Source: Camelus dromedarius (taxonomy: Eukaryota). From it: a stretch of 64,000 bases of DNA. Both the position numbers and the translations under genes were made by a program. This document shows, one piece after another, positions 46,900-58,699 of the stretch. The stretch is taken from the NCBI RefSeq assembly GCF_036321535.1, contig NC_087466.1, positions 10,974,001 through 11,038,000 of the forward strand, written 5' to 3'. Under the pieces are notes generated by a model. That model ran no database searches and was not told the DNA's origin. It saw only the letters and a program-made list of their open reading frames with translations. The first letter of the stretch is position 1; each line of letters starts with the position of its first letter.

Positions 46900-47520
46900 C
46901 TTTAAGAATGATGCTCAAAGTTATACCGTGATGTTCTATTATAAACATTTATCCATGTTTAGATCCTTAAAAAGCAATTTCTAAAACTCTAACACAGAAT
47001 GATCCAAACCACAACAGAGCAACAAAACAAACCAAACACCCATGCATAGAAAACAGACTGGAAAGAATTAAGCTATAATATTAATAGTGGCTGTCTTTGA
47101 GTGGCGGGACTCTGGGTAAAACATATATATATATATTTTTTCCCCTCCTTTTCTGTTCTTTCCAAATGTTTCTTCATGAGCATCTTAAAATTAATTCATT
47201 GTTTTCAAATGGCTGTGTTTGCCGAGGCATCTGTACACACATTTAACATATTGTACACTGATTTAGCAGTGATATTTGAAAAGTACTTTATTTCCACATT
47301 TAAATTTTACTTTTTTTTTTTTTTGAGTAGGTCATGCATTCACATGGTTTATAATTCAAAAGGTACCAAAAAAAGTACAAAGTGAAACCTCTCCCTCTGT
47401 CCTCACCGTCCCCGGCCACCTGGCTCCCCTTCCTGGAGACAAAAGGTAGCACCTGTCCTCGTGTGAGCTTCCAGACACAGCATCCCATTAGGGATTCAGA
47501 AACAGACATGCACTTTTAAG
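46900..47520. mobile_element. Ancient L1ME/L1MC fragments
   Basis: AAACAGACTGGAAAGAAT...TTAATAGTGGCTGTCTTTGAGTGG (plus); CATTCACATGGTTTATAATTCAAAAGGTAC (minus). Confidence 0.65.
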
Positions 47521-48454
47521 GAAAGAGATGATGTGGTGATTTCTTAAGCATCACTCAAGGGTCCATCCTGCTTGAGGATGACTCAGTCCTGGACCAAAGG
47601 TTGGAATTTCTCTGGCCCGGTACTAAAGTCTCTCTGGCTTTAGAACCGACTGCTCTAGAATTCTGCCTGCCAGCCCTCCTGGCCTCTCCTGCTAGCCAAG
47701 ACCCAGAGGACACTTCTCCCTGCCCATTTCAGACACACTGTTATTCCTGATGACCAAAGCAATGCCCAAATGATAACATGAAGGAAACACATCTTAGGGA
47801 ACATTCACTGTAATTGTACCCTCAGACACGACCAATGGGGAATGCTTTTGGCTAATGTTCCTGCAGCTTTTTCTTTTTGAAGGTGTAAATTTTTAAAAAG
47901 TGGGTTGGACTGAGCAGCGTTGTGACATTTTTTCCAACTTTCCACTAAGTTTATCTGTGCTCAATTTATCTGCCCATGCCAGTACACAGGGATCTTTCTC
48001 ATTAAGAGGATCCATTTTTGAGAGGTGTTTTGGGGTAAGAGAAGGGAGACCATTCGTGCTCTGATGTCCCTCGTTTTTGTGGGGCCTGGGACTGGTGGGA
48101 TCTAGATGGGTGAGGTCAGCCAAGCTGGGTACCTGATGTTTTGCGTGGAAGGAAGGAGACCCACGGGTGGAGCAGTGCCCGCCAAGCAGGAAACACACTT
48201 TGCTAGAAATGATGAAAGGCTGCCTTGGTCTAATCTAGCACATGTGGTCCAGGCTTATGCTGGCTCAGTATTGGAGAGGGCCTGGGAAGATCATGGGATT
48301 CACCTTCCTGAACCTTCCATAGGCTCTCAGGCTGCCAGAGCTGGCCTGGAACTGGGAAATCCCAAAATGAAGATGGCCTTGGAGCCAGAAGATTTGATCT
48401 GATTATAGCCTGGTGTGACCCCACACACATCCCGCTCCCCATCTGTAGAAGGAG

Positions 48455-48640
48455 AGGGTAGAGAGGAGGTTAGCATCAAATGAGTACTTAGTAGATGCCA
48501 AGTGCTGTGCTAAGTTCTTCTCATTTGATGCTCTCAATTTACCCCTGTAGCAACTCTAGGGAGTGTTACCATCTTTATTCTGCAGAAGAGGCACCCAGAC
48601 TCAAAGAGACCAGATAATTTTCCTGAATTCAGCATCTAGC
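48455..48640 (-). mobile_element. MIR SINE
   Basis: GCCAAGTGCTGTGCTAAG...CAACTCTAGGGAGTGTTACCATCTTTATTCTGCAGAAGAGGCACCCAGACTCA. Confidence 0.7.
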
Positions 48641-51369
48641 TGGGTTTCTCCTCTGCAGAAGGAGTCAGGCAGACTGGCAGGTGGAGATGATGGAGGTGGT
48701 GGCAGCAGGTCTGAGGAGAGCTGGGAGGGGAGAGAGTGCAGAGACGGAGGTAATTAGGAACCAGGCGGTATCACAAATCTCCCAGCCGCGCTGACACCTG
48801 GGGAGAGTGATCACACACTTGGAGTCAGCCCAGACAAGTGTGAAAGCCCTTCACTCCATCTCTAGGAAGAAACAGGATGGGGACAATGCGGGCCGGGGAA
48901 CCACATGACAGCCCCACCCCCAGCTCTCCCTCCAAGACAGCCATGAGGTCATCCTCACACTCCCCCTCCCTCAGCCCTGACCCAGGTCAGGGAGCTGTGA
49001 CTCAGAGGTGCGGAGGGGCAGCAGCGAACCCTGCAAGACAAGGGAAAGGTCCTGGAAGGATGTGCCCCGAAGAAGGAAGGTGAAGAAAGACTTCATCATG
49101 GCATCCAATCGAGGCTAGGTAGATGTTACCAAGCCCTCAGCCAGCTCAAACTATCCCTCATCAGAAGTGGCAAAGCATGACTCCTGTGCTTGAAAAATTA
49201 GTCTCCAGGGAAAGTGGAAATTGACGTGGGTTGAAAGGAGCCTGTGTACCAGGGAGAAGTGTGTTATTTCTCAACAATCCTGCCATTTGCTCAGTGAAGA
49301 AATGGGGGCTCAGAGAGGCTGGGTCCGTGGCCCAAGGGCACACAGCTATGTAGCGGTGGAGGTGAGATCTACCTGTTTTGGAATTCCAAGCTTCCCCCCC
49401 ACATCTCCCTGTTCCCCTGAGAAGGAAGTGGAGGCTCTCTCTACAGGGGATAGGCTCTTGGAGGTCCAGGGGGTTTCAGAGGTAGAGAGATGGATAAGTT
49501 GCCCTTTGATTCCCGAAAGAAAAACGGGAACAAGTCCTCTCCCCTAACCCCCAACACTCACTGGGACTAGCTTTGGCTGTGCTGAGAATGCTTGAGAGAG
49601 AAACCTTCAGTGACTCTGGTTCTATGGGAAATTACAGAACTGAGGAGTGCTTACTCTTTCTCTAGTTACAGCAATTTCCCACCTGGGGAAGGAGCCTGAG
49701 GGAGCGACCTTTACTGGCCGCGGCACATGGCCCTGTGGGCAAACCAGATTTGCACGGTCATGCTCTGCTCAGGCCGGCCTCCTGCCCGGAATGGATGCTG
49801 GGGGTCAGAAAGGAGGGGAGACCTGGGAAGGTGGGGTTACCAGCAGTGTGATGATTGTGTGCATGTGTGGTCCTGTGCATGGAAATATAAATGAATGGAT
49901 GAGACAGATGCACGCATATTTACGTCTGTGTGTAATCCCTCACTCATGTACTCACATGTGTGTCTGAACGTGTATACTATTGTCTACATATTTTTGATTG
50001 TGTGCATATAAGTGTCCACACTCTTCTAAAGATGTGTGCCTGAGATTCCCTCCCTCCCTCCTCTTCTTTCACCTCCCCCTGGACCCCACCATCCTCCCTC
50101 CCCCATTCTTCTTCCTCCTCTTTCTCCTTCTGCCCAGGTGTGCTGGCCTAAGAATGACCACTTCAGGTGGGCCTCCTGCTTCCCTGGCTTCGGGCATTCC
50201 CAGCAGGTGGGAGGTAGCTCAGGCCCGGCTCTTAGCAGGTGAAAAGTCCAGCTCCAGCCCCCACTGGGCCTCAGTGAGAAAGGAATTCCCTGCAGGCTCT
50301 TCCCTAATCCCCCCAACAGATCCCTCCCCCACTTATCTCTCTGCATCCCCTGGGACAAAGGATCCTTTTTCAGTTCTGTACTCATGGGTGGTCACATTCC
50401 TGACAGCTGCGTTGGGGGTGGGAGAGACTGCAGAGTTTTGGGGAGGGCAGCTGGGCAACCTCTATTGCCCTCAGTGTCCTCCTCTGAGAAATGGGAGAAG
50501 ACACGACCGAAGGGTCAGGCGGCAAGACTGTATTGCCAACATGGTTAAGCTTTATCACCCTCTTCACTTCTCCATCTCAGGCTCTCTACTGGGGACTGCA
50601 AACCCAGAGATGCACAAAAGGCATTTCTCTATCTTGCGGGGTCCATGTTGAAAGTGGGGGCGGGGGGAACCACAGAGATCACTAGGATCCTGGATCGAAT
50701 GTGTGGTACCGAAGGCAGGTGGAGAATTTAACACCTTTCCACAGCTCCATCTCACCTGCCTAATGGAAGTCTATGTTCCTTAGCATGTCATTCCAGGCCC
50801 CCTTCAATGCGGGAGCTTCGTGTAGGTGCAGGTGTATGAGAGAGAAGTGGACCTTGAAGAACTGATGGGAGTTTCGGTAAGCAGAGATGTCAGGGAGGGA
50901 CTTTTTGGAAGAGAGGTCATGGCTTAGGAAAGAGGGTGACAGCTGGACCTCGCGGTCTGACTGGTCCACAACTGTTGGGATTGGGTGGTGATGGTGCTGA
51001 GAGGGCTTCTGTGTGTTGATACTGGCGCCCTGGTAGGGGCTGTTCCAGCTGATAAAAGTGCCTTCCCTGCCGTTTCTTCACCTCTCCCTCCCCACCCAAC
51101 GAGGCTGTGGCTGTATTTGGCATATAAAGAGATGGAAGAAGCAGGAAAGAGCGGTGAGATGAAGACAGAAACCTGGGGGAGAAGAGAGAGAAAAAGAGAG
51201 ACTGGCGAGCTACCTAAAGGAGGTAAGAGAAGGAAACAAATTTATAGAGAAGGGGAGTGGAATGGGGGAGGCAGGGAGAGGCACAAAGGGCGGGGGGAGA
51301 ACCGGCAGACTGACAAATGGAAAGGCACGTATTACCTACAGGGGCGGGAAGGAGGGTAAGGAAGGCAGG

Positions 51370-51900
51370 AGGAAGCGGCGGCGCGAGAGTGGCGAGGGTC
51401 ACGCCCGCCTCTCCGGCCCCAGGGCTCCCGGGAAGCCCGGCCCGGGTAGGACCGGGACGCCGCAGACGGCGGCGAGGGCGCGGCGCGCCAGGCGCACGGG
51501 AACCGCAGCCGCGTGGGCTCCGCTGACCGCGCCATCAATTAGGCGATCGCCGGGCCCGGCGAGCCGCAGCGCCTGTGGAAATTACCTTTTAATTTCTTAA
51601 TTACATTGTCCTCACCTGCCACTCAACCCGCCTCCGAGTGGCGCGCGCGGGGCCGATTCTCTTGAACCCCTCTCCGGGTGCCCGTAAATTAGGACGCCGA
51701 TCTCCCGTGAGCGCTGGGGGTCCCCAGCCCTTCGGCGCGCAGCCCGCCCGCTATGTTTAATCTCCTTCCGGACCCGGCTTCATCTCGCCGACCATGAGAC
51801 CCCAAACCGGTCCCAGGCGCACGGGGACCTGGGCTCCGACAGACCTGAGAGCCAAATCTGGCCTCTGCTGGGCGCTCCCTGTGTCCCCGTGGGCGAACCT
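51370..51900. promoter_or_regulatory. CpG island with an AT-rich homeodomain/SOX core
   Basis: Very high GC and CpG density (GGCGCGGCGCGCC, GGCGCGCGCGGGG); core CCATCAATTAGG 51532 and TTTTAATTTCTTAATTACATTGT 51587-51609. Confidence 0.85.
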
Positions 51901-52014
51901 CAGTTTCCCCACCTGCCACGTGGAAATAAAAATAGCGCCCATTTTTCTGGATTTTGAGGCTTAAAGGAGATAAGCCTTGTGAAGCGCTAGGTCCCAGAGT
52001 GCTGTCACACTGTT

Positions 52015-52260
52015 AGCTATTGTACATTCATTCGTTTAGTGAGTGGCTTGAGTGCCTGCTCTGGCCCTGCAGGTACAGTGATGAACGAAACACACTCTGT
52101 GGGTGATGGTGAAGGTGGTGGTGGTGGTGGTGGTGGTGGTGATTCTCCCATGCTCAAAGGGTTCCAAGATGTGAGACCTTTTGTGGGTGCGTGCTTGGAG
52201 AGGAGGTGATGTCCGGGAGGCAAACGATTTAGGCTGGAGGAGGAGCTGTCAGGTGGTTAC
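52015..52260 (-). mobile_element. L2 3' end containing (GGT)9 at 52114-52140
   Basis: ATTCATTCGTTTAGTGAGTGGCTTGAGTGCCTGCTCTG...GGTACAGTGATGAACGAAAC. Confidence 0.7.
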
Positions 52261-52389
52261 GGAGTTGATCCCTAACACAGGTAACAAGCATCTTGGAGAT
52301 TATCCTCCTGGGGCAGCGGCTTGCCTACGCCCACCCAGCCACCAGTGGACCTGGGGTCTGCCCTTTCAGTGCTTTCTCTTCCCATTGCT

Positions 52390-53160
52390 TAGCGGTTCTC
52401 AGAGTGTGGCAGCAGCAGCACTGGGGTGCTTGTTAGAAGTGTACATTCTCAGACCCTACCCCGAGATCTTCTAAATCAGAATCTCTGGGGTCAGGGCCAG
52501 GGAATCCGTGTTTGAACCAGCTCTCCATGGGCTCTTTATGCCCAGTGAAGTTTGGGAAGTATGCTCATAACCCAAGCAGGGTTTCCTTTGCTAACTGTTC
52601 TTATTGGAGAAAATGCAGCGTGATGCCCAGTTGATGACCATCCAAGTTGCACCCGGGCTGAGATATCAACATGCCATGAAATACCCTTTCAGGGGGTCTC
52701 AGACCACCTGATGCCCAGGTTAGAACCTGTACTGTCACCCAGGCTCGCAGGGGAGTCACCTGGGGAGCTTGACAAAGTCCAGATGCCCAGGTCCCACCCC
52801 TCACGGCTTCAATGTGGATTTCTGGAAGAGGGTCCTGAGTGCCAGCCTTTTCAAAGCTGCCAGGTGGTTCTGATGTTCAGGGAGGGTTGACGGTGACGGC
52901 CTTTGTGGAAGAAGACCAGAATGAGAAGTCCTGCCACTAACTCACCATTTGGGGCCAAGTGTGCCACCCTCTTGACATCCAGGTTCCATCAGTTTATCGA
53001 GTGTCAGAAGCAATGAGGGGAACAGGGAGAAAAGTCAGATTCTATGTGGGCCCCTGTCCCAGAGTTTGATCCCTATATAGGATTGAGGTGGGCCCTGAGT
53101 ACATGCATTAAAAAAAAAAAAAAAAAAAAAAAAAAGCCCTGCCAGGTAAATTTGCTATGA
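52390..53160 (+). mobile_element. Cluster of MER5-family hAT elements
   Basis: GCGGTTCTCAGAGTGTGG...CTCAGACCCTACCCCGAGATCTTCTAAATCAGAATCTCTGGGG (52390-52560); further copies near 52735-52885 and 53040-53160. Confidence 0.8.
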
Positions 53161-54652
53161 ACACCTAAGACTTGGGGCAACCGGATAAGGGGTGTTGGAA
53201 CAGGCTAGGTAAGGACCTGCTTGAATCCTAACTTCACTTTACATCCCAACCCTGACTGTCACCTGTCATGACTTTCCCTCACCAGAATTAGAGTTATGTT
53301 TTCTTCCTCTTTTAAGCGTGATTATTTGAACTCCTCTGAATTCCTGTTTCATGGTAAGTAGTTTTAAATATTAGTTAAAGGAGATATCAGATGGGGAGGG
53401 GTTGAGGAAGGTCCTCTTCCCCCATCCACTGTATGTTATTACTCCTATCAAAATTCTCAGAAATGCTCCTACTAAGATTCTGTTCCAAGAAGAACATGAC
53501 AGAGACTCATTTACTGTCCCACCTGAAACAACTAGACAAAATATTTTAAAAGAGTGGTTTCAAATATTGGACAACAGGCAACCCAGGTCTCTGATCTGAG
53601 TGATGCCAGGCCACAGCACGGGGCGGGGTGGAGGGGGCAAACCCAAAGAATCTGATGGTTTCCTGAATTGAACTCAAGAGAGAGATCAGAGTGTGGGGAA
53701 TCCAAGATGGCAAGAATGTAGGGGACGGAGTGCTGGAGAGGAGTGATCTGCAGAGGAATACCCTCCTGTCTTTGGCTCTGTGCGCTGTGCATGTGTGAGA
53801 GGAAGCTTCCTGAGACCAAGGAAAGACCCACTCAAAAGAGCAGACAGAACAATTCCTGGATCTCACCTGGGCCTGGGAGTAGCTTATGTTATCACTAGCC
53901 AAGTGGAAAGATCTCATATGAGGGTGCTGGGTGGAATTCAGGAGCATTGCCTTAATAGGAGTGATAAATTACCCCTAGATTAAAGGCTACTTGGAAATTG
54001 CCTTAAGAAGACTTAATAACAAGATTTGAAAAGGTCCAACTAACTCCAAGTAACTTAACTCTGTGCCAGAACAAAACCCAATGCTATTAAAAGGGATGCG
54101 ATGAAACTGAGCAACTGATGGGGAGAATTCACAATATGCAGCGTCCGATCGAGAATTACCATGTATACAAAGAAGCAGGAAAATAGGACCAGTAGCCAAG
54201 AGAAAAATTAATCAATAGAAATAGACACAGAAATGACAGGGATGATGAAACTTGCAGACAAGGGTGTTAAAGCAGCGAGTATAAATATGCTCCAGGTGTT
54301 CATGAAGCTAAGGGAAATGATGAGCATGATGAGAAAGGCAATGGAAAATATAAAAAAAAGACCCAAATGGAACTTTGAGAGATCAAAAACATAATATCTG
54401 CAATGAAAAAATATACTGGATGGGATTAACATCAAATTAGACAAATTGCAGATGGAAAAAAAAAATCAGTAGAAATTATCCAGCATGAAGCACAGGGAGA
54501 AAAAAGAGTGAAAAAAAAAAAAAAAAAAAAAGAACAGAGCATCAGCGACCTGTGTGCTAATATTAACCATGTAATACATGTGTAATTGGAGTCCCTTGCA
54601 CATGTAGGCAATTGATATTCAACAATAATGCCATGGCAATTCAGTGAGAAAA

Positions 54653-54822
54653 NNNNNNNNNNNNNNNNNNNNNNNNNNNNNNNNNNNNNNNNNNNNNNNN
54701 NNNNNNNNNNNNNNNNNNNNNNNNNNNNNNNNNNNNNNNNNNNNNNNNNNNNNNNNNNNNNNNNNNNNNNNNNNNNNNNNNNNNNNNNNNNNNNNNNNNN
54801 NNNNNNNNNNNNNNNNNNNNNN
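54653..54822. other. Assembly gap (N run)
   Basis: Run of N in the sequence. Confidence 0.99.
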
Positions 54823-55086
54823 CTCAAGGTGTCAGCTGACCTGGTGTCTGGTGAGAGCCTGCTTTCTGGTTCATGGATGGCTGTCTTCTTGCTGGGTCAT
54901 CACATTGCAGAAGAGGCAAGGGATCTCTCTGAAGTCTCTTTCATAAGGGCGCTAATCCCATTCATGAGGGCCCCACCCTCATGGCATAATCACCTCTCAA
55001 AGTGCCTACCTCCCATCACCAGCACTCTAGGGATTAGGGCTTAACCTATGAATTTTGGGTCGGGGGAAAAGATTCTGTCTATAACA
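54823..55086 (-). mobile_element. MLT1A-like MaLR solo LTR inserted in the L1 (partly in the gap)
   Basis: Reverse complement starts TGTTATAGACAGAATC...CCCAAAATTCATAGGTTAAGCCCTAATCCC...GGGGCCCTCATGAATGGGATTAG. Confidence 0.9.
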
Positions 55087-56339
55087 CCCCTTTTCTCACA
55101 CTGTGTACAAAAAAACAAACCCCAAATGGTTCATAGACCTAAATGTAAACACTAAGTTGACAAAATTTCTAGTAGAAAACAGGAGAAAATCTTTGTGGTC
55201 TTGGGCTGGGCAAATATTTCTTAGGACACAAAAAACCCAAAGCATAAATGGGGAAAAAAAAAAAAAAAGAAAGATGAATTGGAGATTATCAAAATTAAAA
55301 ACTGCTCTTCAAAAGGAAACTGAAAAGGCAGACCAGAAACTAGGAAAAAGATTTGCAAAAAACAAACAAACAAAAAAAACAAAAAACAAAAAACACAAAA
55401 AACTGACAAAGACTTGTATTCAGAAAATATAAGAAAACTATTATAACTCAATCATAAGGCAAATAGCCATGCAAAAGAATCAACAAAAAGATTTGAGTGG
55501 CTACTTCACCAAAGGTAATGTACTAATGGCAGTTAAGTACATGACAAAGTGGTCATCATTAGTCATCATGGAAATAAAAATAAAACCACAATGATGCATC
55601 ACTTGGCATTCACCAGAATGACTGAAATAAAACAGACTGACAGTATCAAGTTTGAGCGAGAAAATAAAGCAACTGGAACTCTTTCATATTGGTGGTGGGA
55701 ATGGCTCTTTGAAAAAACTGGGCAGTTAAATTGTTTTTCTTATGAAGTTAAACATATGCTAATTATCTATGACCTAGCAGTCCTACTCCTAAGGTATTTT
55801 ACCCAAGAGAAATGAAAATTATGTTCATACGAAGATTTGAGCTCCAACTTTCATAGTAGTTTTATTCATACCAGCTCCAAACTGGAAAGAACTCAAATGT
55901 CCATCAGTTAGTGAATGGATACCAAGTCATGGTCTATCCGTATAATGGAATAGTGCTCCGTAATAAAGAGGAGTGAACTGCTGATGTACACAATCTCACG
56001 GATGAATTTCAAAAGCGAAATATTGAATGAAGGAAGTCAGAAACGAAGGTTATACACTGCATGATTTCATTGATACGAAATTCTAGAAAAGGTAAAACTA
56101 TAGTGACAGGAAGCAGAACTTTGGTTGCCCGGGGCCAGAATGAGGGTTGGGGGAAGGGTGGAAAGGGAAGGACTCCAAAGTAGCACTTTTGGGGCTGATG
56201 GAAATCTTCTATATCATGATTGTCGTGGTTGTAAGTAATTGATCAAAATCCTCTGCCTTGCGCATTTAGAATCGGGGAATGTTACTGTGTGTGAGTAATA
56301 CCTCGATAAAGCAAATGGGGGCGTAATTCCACGGCTAAG

Positions 56340-56940
56340 ATGGTATCCTAAGGAAACATTCAGAATGTGGGCAAGGATTTACCTCCAAGGAGGGACTTCA
56401 GAGAATTATTTATTGTGGTGAAAAATTAAATACAAACCAAAGGGCCAATTGTTAGGGGCGGGATGAAAACAAAAGGTGGTCTCTGCATAAGACAGATTGC
56501 TGCATAATTTATTGAAATAATTTGAAGACACGGAAACATACTCATGATAAAATGCCGCCTGAAAGAGAGAGTGGGATGTAGACTGTGGGGACCAAATGCC
56601 TCTGCCACAACTGGCTGTACAAGGATGGGGAAATGTTTTGTCTCTCTAGCCCTAATTTTCCCATCTGTACAACATGGATGCCAACAACATCTACTCCAGG
56701 GTTAAATAAAACAGCACAAGTAAAATTCTTAACATTCGGTGTACGTCAAACACATGATTATTAGCTATTGCCGAAGTCTATACACAGTAGGACAGTTCTG
56801 TTTAAAATTCTCTATAAAAGCCAAGACAGAAACACACAAACATATTTCTGGGGGTCATCTCCGGGTTATGGGGATGTAATTCACATTCATTTTCGTTCTT
56901 ACACTTTTTTTAATTTTCCAGTCGTTCTCTAATAGGGAAG
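56340..56940 (+). mobile_element. Ancient L1ME fragments
   Basis: ATTATTTATTGTGGTGAAAAATTAAATACAAACCAAAGGGCCAATTGTTAGGGG...ATACTCATGATAAAATG. Confidence 0.6.
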
Positions 56941-57095
56941 CATTAATGGTAGAATCAGAAATAAAACAAAACAAACAAAAAAACAATGTAAAGAAGACTT
57001 TCTTTTGCATTCCTGAAATTCAGCGAACACATGTGGAGTTATCATTCTAGACACAGAGTACCGTGATGGGGGTCTGGGGTGGAGACGGAGAAATA

Positions 57096-57450
57096 CAGAC
57101 ATGCCTCGTTTTATTGTGCTTTGTTTTATTGAGCTTCGCAGATATTGTGTGGTTTTGTTTTGTTTTGTTTTTACAAATTGAAGGTTTGTGGCAACCCTGC
57201 GTCGAGCAAGTCTATTGAAGCCATTTCCCCAACAGCATTATTTTTAATTAAAATATACATACATTGCTTCTTTTAGACATAATGATGCTGCACGTGTAAT
57301 AGAGTATAGTATATTGTATATAAAATATATACTATTTGTGTAGTATGGTGTGAACATAACTTATATGCACTGGGAAACCAAAAAATGTGTGTGACGTGCT
57401 TTATTGTGGTGGTCTGGACTCGAACCTGCACTGTCTCCAAGGTACGCCTG
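57096..57450 (+). mobile_element. Internally deleted Tigger1 (TcMar) non-autonomous derivative with both termini
   Basis: Left end TA|CAGACATGCCTCGTTTTATTG...TTTTACAAATTGAAGGTTTGTGGCAACCCTGCGTCGAGCAAGTC; right end ATGCACTGGGAAACCAAAAAA...CTCCAAGGTACGCCTG|CA. Confidence 0.93.
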
Positions 57451-57874
57451 CACAAAAGTGGGCAAACTGATTCTATGATTCTTGCTTTCAAAGCATTTAC
57501 AATTGTCTTAGGAATATGCAACAGCAAAACATAGAAATAAAGAATTTTAACAGAGAACAGAGAGAACAAGAGATTCGTTGGCGGAGACAGGAATCTGATG
57601 ACAACGGTGGGAAGCCACGGAAGGGGAAGTTGGCGCTGTCTGGGAGCAGTGGGGAAGGCGTCGGAGCGATGAGTGGTCACTGGGCTGCAAGGTGAATGGC
57701 ATTCCTCGTGCAGGGTATGGCAGGGGCAGAGATGTGGAGAGAGGAATGGCCAGACCATCTTTAGACAATGATGAGCTGACCGTGGAGGCTTGATAGGGAT
57801 GTGCAATGGTGGAAGGTGATGGGGGAAAGACCTGGAATTATGGATGGACGCAAGCTGAGGAATTGTCTAAGTTT

Positions 57875-58090
57875 ATAGCTTTGGAGCAGTTACTATGTGC
57901 AGGCACTGTTTTAAATGCTTTACAGGTATTAACACATGTGAAACCCTGAGCCAGGCACTATTTTAAGCCCCATTTTACAAGAAGGAAATCAAGGCATAAA
58001 AGTGTTAAAAGATTTGGTTAAAGTTCCCACAGCTAGTCGGTGGTGGTCCGGGTCTCGAACCCAGGGTGTCTGGCTCTGGAAACCACACTT
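57875..58090 (-). mobile_element. MIR SINE, near full length
   Basis: TACTATGTGCAGGCACTGTTTTAAATGCTTTACA...CCCCATTTTACAAGAAGGAAATCAAGGC...CTCGAACCCAGGGTGTCTGGCTC. Confidence 0.9.
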
Positions 58091-58562
58091 TTTGCCACAA
58101 CCCAGCCCCGGGACCGTCGAGTTTAAAACATTTGGGTGTTTTTCTCTTTGCCGTAGGAAGTCGTGGATGGTTTCATAACAGAACTGGAGAGTGAACTTCA
58201 GTCAAAGTGCAGTCCCGTCTCCACATCAGAATAATTGCTTTCTCTTTCCTTCCCACCCCAAAAGAGGTTCGGGAAGAAACCAAAGGTGATCTATTGCTTA
58301 GGGGAGAGAAGACTTGGACTTAACCCTTCAACTCTGATCTTCTAGGAGAAGCAGGGCATTTCTATCTATGCTGCGGATTTCTGATCTTAATGAAGATGGA
58401 GCCAGGGGTGGGGCAGAGGGAGAAGCGGGTGTTGCTAACTGGGGGCAAAAAAGACCCCTAAAATTTTATCTCAGCCTCAAGTGGTAGATGAACCATGCCA
58501 AACTATCTGTATTATTGATAACAAAAACGATGGCGATTATTATATTTTATTTTTCAATCGTG

Positions 58563-58694
58563 NNNNNNNNNNNNNNNNNNNNNNNNNNNNNNNNNNNNNN
58601 NNNNNNNNNNNNNNNNNNNNNNNNNNNNNNNNNNNNNNNNNNNNNNNNNNNNNNNNNNNNNNNNNNNNNNNNNNNNNNNNNNNNNNNNNNNNNN
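58563..58694. other. Assembly gap (N run)
   Basis: Run of N in the sequence. Confidence 0.99.
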
Positions 58695-58699
58695 TAAAA

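Larger units (their letters stand above)
53480..56310 (+). mobile_element. Ancient L1M (L1MD/ME1-like): 5' UTR/ORF1 remnant joined to the ORF2 3' end and 3' UTR; internally deleted and interrupted by an LTR
   Basis: ORF1-like GAACAGAGCATCAGCGACCTGTG...TGTGTAATTGGAGTCCC; ORF2-like CAATTGATATTCAACAATAATGCCATGGCAATTCAGTG and AAATGGTTCATAGACCTAAATGTAAA; 3' end TAATACCTCGATAAAG. Confidence 0.88.

Noticed and set aside
49998-50651. 217-aa plus-strand ORF
   Set aside because: Starts in a TG-rich tract and C/T-rich low-complexity sequence; weak start and no recognisable homology
53402-55815. Short Lys/Glu-rich ORFs
   Set aside because: Frameshifted remnants of L1 ORF1/ORF2; not functional genes
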